From Clostridium sp. CAG:524 (GTDB lineage: Bacteria > Bacillota_I > Bacilli_A > RF39 > UBA660), in contig FR880118.1 of NCBI GenBank assembly GCA_000434555.1, forward strand, positions 133,885-197,884: DNA of 64,000 nt, written 5' to 3'. Both the position numbers and the translations under genes were made by a program. Below, one piece after another: positions 61,076 to 64,000 of this stretch. Within the stretch, counting starts at the first letter, position 1. Each line of letters begins with the position of its first letter. The notes under the pieces are model-generated. The model made no database searches. It saw only the letters and a program-made list of their open reading frames with translations, and had not been told where the DNA came from.

Positions 61076-62290
61076 TTAATTCTCTATAATAACTCTATCT
61101 TTATCCCTTTCATTCATAGTTATCTTAACTGTATATCTTGATAATTCATTCTTATCATATATTTTATTTTCTTTAAGATTTTCTAAATATACACTTAATC
61201 TATCTCTATAATCAAGTGATAATGATACATATATATCATTCACATTCTTTTTCATATAATAGTCATAATAACTTTCATAATATTTAGTTTCAATAGTAAT
61301 TTTATTATCTAATGTATTATCATATTCTATAGTATATTTAGTATCATAATGACTATTAAATGATATACGAGTTATTTTATCTAAATTACTTGGTAAACTT
61401 ATCTTTTCATATTTTCTTGTCATTGTATATTTATCACTAACATCTTTAACGATATCTATTTTAGATATTTGTTTCATAAATAATGAAATACCACATGCGA
61501 TAATAATAAGTGTTAATATTACTGATATTAGCGTCCATTTAATACTTATCTTTTTACCTATTATCAATTTATTTACCAATATAACAATTATCAATAATAA
61601 TAAATCTACTCCAAATAAAGCAATATTAAATCCATAATACTTAATACCATCAAGTATAGCAAACATACTAGACATTAATAATACAGTTACCCATAACCAT
61701 ATAAATAATAAACAAATTATTAACAATGTTCCAAGTGTTCTAAAAACAATTCTTCTAATTCTTTTATCTTTAGATTCAAATATTTTCTTTTCAGTTATGC
61801 TTTCAACAATATTAGGAAGTTCTTCTTTTACTTCTTCTTTAGTTTCAATTATATTTTCTTTTAAAGTATCTTTATCTTTCTTTTTAAAATTAAATTTACT
61901 TTTTAATACTTTGAATATATTTTCTCTTTTAACTTTTTCTTTTCTAACTTTATTTTTCTTTTCTTTTTTGATTTTTTCTTTCTTTATCTTTTCTTTTTTA
62001 GGTTTTTCTTTTTTCTCTTTTTTAGTAAATTGAATATCTTTAGTGATAAATTCTTTTACATTATTAAAAAATATTTTTATTTTACCATTTGATTTTAATG
62101 ATTGTATTTCTTTTTCTGCGACTAAGTCTGTTGAACCTAATTCTTTTAATATATCTACTATTCTTCTATTATTAGATTTTTCTTCATGAATAATATTTCT
62201 ATATTTTTCAATTATTTTATTCCTATCTTTTTTAGAAATACCACTAAGTTTATTTTCTAAATCATTCAGAAACTTCTTTTCCTTTTTCAT
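61076..62290 (-). CDS. Membrane protein with Lys/Glu-rich low-complexity repeat region
   Basis: KKEKKEKPKKEKIKKEKIKKEKKNKVRKEKVKRE stretch followed by four TM helices and a 150-aa C-terminal domain. Unknown function. Confidence 0.4.
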   Translation of the reverse strand: MKKEKKFLNDLENKLSGISKKDRNKIIEKYRNIIHEEKSNNRRIVDILKELGSTDLVAEKEIQSLKSNGKIKIFFNNVKEFITKDIQFTKKEKKEKPKKEKIKKEKIKKEKKNKVRKEKVKRENIFKVLKSKFNFKKKDKDTLKENIIETKEEVKEELPNIVESITEKKIFESKDKRIRRIVFRTLGTLLIICLLFIWLWVTVLLMSSMFAILDGIKYYGFNIALFGVDLLLLIIVILVNKLIIGKKISIKWTLISVILTLIIIACGISLFMKQISKIDIVKDVSDKYTMTRKYEKISLPSNLDKITRISFNSHYDTKYTIEYDNTLDNKITIETKYYESYYDYYMKKNVNDIYVSLSLDYRDRLSVYLENLKENKIYDKNELSRYTVKITMNERDKDRVIIEN

Positions 62291-62321
62291 ATTATCACCT
62301 TTTTAAATATTATATTGTTTA

Positions 62322-62972
62322 CTAATTAAAAATATAATCTAATTGTTTACTTATAGATTTTTTTATTTTATTGAAGATATTTTTAAATAAGTTTTTAAAT
62401 ATTTTTCTTATATCTTTTAATAATTCATTTATTATTGAATCTTCTGTTTCACTTTCAGTAACTTTTTTTGTAGTTTTCTCTATTTTTTTGGTTGTTGTTT
62501 CTTCTTCTAAACTCCACACTCCAAGTTTTTTACTTTTAGCAATACTTTCTTCTTTTTTTAAATCTTCAGTATACTTATAATCTCCATATAGATAAGCCAC
62601 CTTAGCATATCCAAGTGATACTAAATCTTTTTGAAGTAATGTATCATCTGTAAATACCCATCCTAAAGCCCTATTATATTTATCTGTTTTAGTACTTCCT
62701 TCATCATATTCAATTTCTAATTTTTTAGCATTCTTAACTTTATCACAAGTATAATTACTTGCTTCTTTACCAAATGGTTGTTCACCTTTAGTAGGATGTA
62801 CAGTTTCAGGAGTATCTATTGCTAAAAATCTTACTGTAGTTTTTTTATTATCAAGCATTACTTTAATAGTATCTCCATCAACGCATGCTTCAAATTTAAC
62901 TGAAACTCTTTCTGCATAAACATTTGTTATAAATAAACAAAAAAATAAAAATATCATTACTACTTTCTTCAT
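62322..62972 (-). CDS. Secreted thermonuclease (staphylococcal-nuclease/SNase fold)
   Basis: Signal peptide, then VKFEACVDGDTIKVMLDNKKTTVRFLAIDTPET...PFGKEAS...YNRALGWVF, the SNase catalytic core (DGDT...R.LGIDTPE). Confidence 0.8.
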   Translation of the reverse strand: MKKVVMIFLFFCLFITNVYAERVSVKFEACVDGDTIKVMLDNKKTTVRFLAIDTPETVHPTKGEQPFGKEASNYTCDKVKNAKKLEIEYDEGSTKTDKYNRALGWVFTDDTLLQKDLVSLGYAKVAYLYGDYKYTEDLKKEESIAKSKKLGVWSLEEETTTKKIEKTTKKVTESETEDSIINELLKDIRKIFKNLFKNIFNKIKKSISKQLDYIFN

Positions 62973-63013
62973 AATGATATTTTAGCATTTTTTATACTTT
63001 AAAAAAAGCCTTT

Positions 63014-63322
63014 TTAACTTAATTCATTCATTTTATTTGAATATTTAGTATAAGATTTTTCTATTTTAGTATCTTCTTCAGGTGTTATAGTATACCATCC
63101 TTTAGTAAACATAAAATTATAAATATCACGAGCCATATCTTTTGTATCTTCAAATATACTCATTATCTTTTTATATAGATATTTATTACTCATTTCATTA
63201 ATGGCTACACTATAACTATTTGATATATTCTTTTCACATAATAATATATCATTTAATATATCTTCGTCATTTAAACATTCATCTTTTTGTATTTTAGTTT
63301 CTTCATTTTTAATTTGTTTCAT
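63014..63322 (-). CDS. Coat F-domain (CotF-like) spore coat protein
   Basis: LNDEDILNDILLCEKNISNSYSVAINEMSNKYL...DIYNFMFTKGWY fits the Coat_F domain consensus (L.D..LL..EK.....Y..A..E..N..LR......E...M...GWY). Confidence 0.55.
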   Translation of the reverse strand: MKQIKNEETKIQKDECLNDEDILNDILLCEKNISNSYSVAINEMSNKYLYKKIMSIFEDTKDMARDIYNFMFTKGWYTITPEEDTKIEKSYTKYSNKMNELS

Positions 63323-63332
63323 AAAATTTCTC

Positions 63333-63530
63333 CTATCCGATTAAATCTAATAATTCTTTATAATGTTTAGCATGCATCTTTTTAGCTTTAGTAAGAATTT
63401 CTTCTGTTTCACTATCACAGACACATTCTAAATATGAATATATTTTCTTATTCATAATAAGATTCCAATTAAGCATATCTTCTATATATAATAGGTCTTT
63501 TATGCTTATTATATTTGGTATTTCTTTCAT
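63333..63530 (-). CDS. Small hypothetical protein co-located with CotF-like gene
   Basis: 65 aa, 10-nt gap to the downstream CotF-like gene. No recognised domain. Confidence 0.3.
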   Translation of the reverse strand: MKEIPNIISIKDLLYIEDMLNWNLIMNKKIYSYLECVCDSETEEILTKAKKMHAKHYKELLDLIG

Positions 63531-63599
63531 TATTTTTACCTCCTAGTAATATTATTTACAATGTTGAATATAATAATAATGTAAAAATTATCCAAAATA

Positions 63600-63626
63600 T
63601 TAGCACTTACTATTGACAAGTGCTAA
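63600..63626 (+). promoter_or_regulatory. CIRCE operator (HrcA binding site) upstream of hsp20
   Basis: TTAGCACTT-N9-AAGTGCTAA, a perfect 9-bp inverted repeat with 9-nt spacer. One base per arm differs from consensus TTAGCACTC-N9-GAGTGCTAA. Confidence 0.7.
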
Positions 63627-63640
63627 TTATTGAGTATAAT
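63613..63640 (+). promoter_or_regulatory. Sigma-A promoter overlapping CIRCE (TTGACA-16-TATAAT)
   Basis: TTGACA lies inside the CIRCE spacer and right arm. TATAAT at 63635-63640. The hsp20 ATG is 25 nt downstream with AGGAGATG RBS. Confidence 0.5.
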
Positions 63641-63664
63641 TATAATTGTTAGGAGATGAAAATT

Positions 63665-64000
63665 ATGAGTTTATTACCAGAAAAATTTTATTTAGATGAT
63701 TTCTTTGATGATTTTGTACCAATGCCAAAAATGCCTAAGAATGAATTGAAATGTGATATTTATGAAAAAGGAGGTAGAGTTCATATTGAACTTGATGTTC
63801 CTGGATTTAACAAAGAAGATGTTAAAGTAGACCTTGATGATGGTATTCTTACTATAGCTGCTTCTAAACATGAAGATAAAGAAGAAAAAGAAAAGAATTA
63901 CTATCGTAAAGAAAGATCATTTGGTTCATTCAAGAGACAATTTAATGTTGGTAACGTTAAAGAAAATGAAATAGATGCTAAATTCAATAATGGTGTCTTA
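63665..64000 (+). CDS. Hsp20/alpha-crystallin family small heat-shock protein (3' end beyond window)
   Basis: Translation MSLLPEKFYLDDFFDDFVPM...DIYEKGGRVHIELDVPGFNKEDVKVDLDDGILTIAASKHED...YRKERSFGSFKRQFNV...NGVL is the alpha-crystallin domain. Not in the ORF track because it is truncated by the window end. Confidence 0.85.
   Translation, partial: MSLLPEKFYLDDFFDDFVPMPKMPKNELKCDIYEKGGRVHIELDVPGFNKEDVKVDLDDGILTIAASKHEDKEEKEKNYYRKERSFGSFKRQFNVGNVKENEIDAKFNNGVL

Overview
This 64-kb window comes from a very AT-rich (about 25% GC by eye) chromosome of a low-GC, spore-forming Firmicute (Clostridia/Erysipelotrichia-like). It uses the standard genetic code.

Core housekeeping genes are recognisable throughout: ung, rlmH, an M23 peptidase, dnaB, rplI, ligA, tRNA-Gly(UCC), rsgA, mscL, mraZ, murE, phosphoketolase, tsaE, tRNA-Asn(GUU), feoAB, thermonuclease and an hsp20 small heat-shock gene under a CIRCE operator. 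Sporulation-type genes are scattered among them (GerQ-like, Cse60-like, cotJB/cotJC, CotF-like).

Three accessory stretches interrupt this backbone:
- **Island A (nt 1 to about 3830, continuing left of the window):** a tyrosine integrase, an SDH/ClpP-fold serine protease with a C-terminal zinc ribbon, and an AbiEi/AbiEii type IV toxin-antitoxin pair. The pair has a consensus promoter embedded in an inverted-repeat operator.
- **Island B (about nt 23353 to 31950, beginning 1 bp after tRNA-Gly):** a large serine recombinase, a MobV relaxase with a candidate oriT, a 712-aa C5-cytosine methyltransferase fused to a PD-(D/E)XK-like C-terminal domain, and a caspase-like (C14) protein with an unknown 300-aa C-terminal domain.
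- **A gene-dense accessory stretch (about nt 32000 to 47500):** proteins with unusual architectures, all in rsgA's flanks.
  - A RelA/SpoT-type HD hydrolase fused to a dNK-like P-loop kinase, next to a RyR-domain protein.
  - A SIR2-like protein that lacks the zinc module, in a three-gene cassette.
  - ASCH/papain-like and transglutaminase-like proteins.
  - A translationally coupled operon encoding a radical-SAM 'DNA modification/repair' protein, its DUF4130-type partner, a highly divergent GroEL/cpn60 paralog without GroES or CIRCE, and a tandem-HD protein.
  - A further HD phosphohydrolase.

Other oddities: a PduL phosphotransacylase in an ABC-transporter operon; a GGDEF protein with a DGDEF variant motif; a stand-alone Clp D1 AAA+ domain protein; mraZ directly adjacent to murE.

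No CRISPR array, rRNA or obvious riboswitch was seen. Several of the accessory cassettes are candidate, previously uncharacterised defense or stress modules, but none can be assigned to a known system from sequence alone. Those are the SDH-protease/Zn-ribbon gene, the methyltransferase-nuclease fusion plus caspase-like gene, the small alarmone hydrolase-kinase fusion, the SIR2-like cassette and the rSAM-GroEL-like-HD operon.
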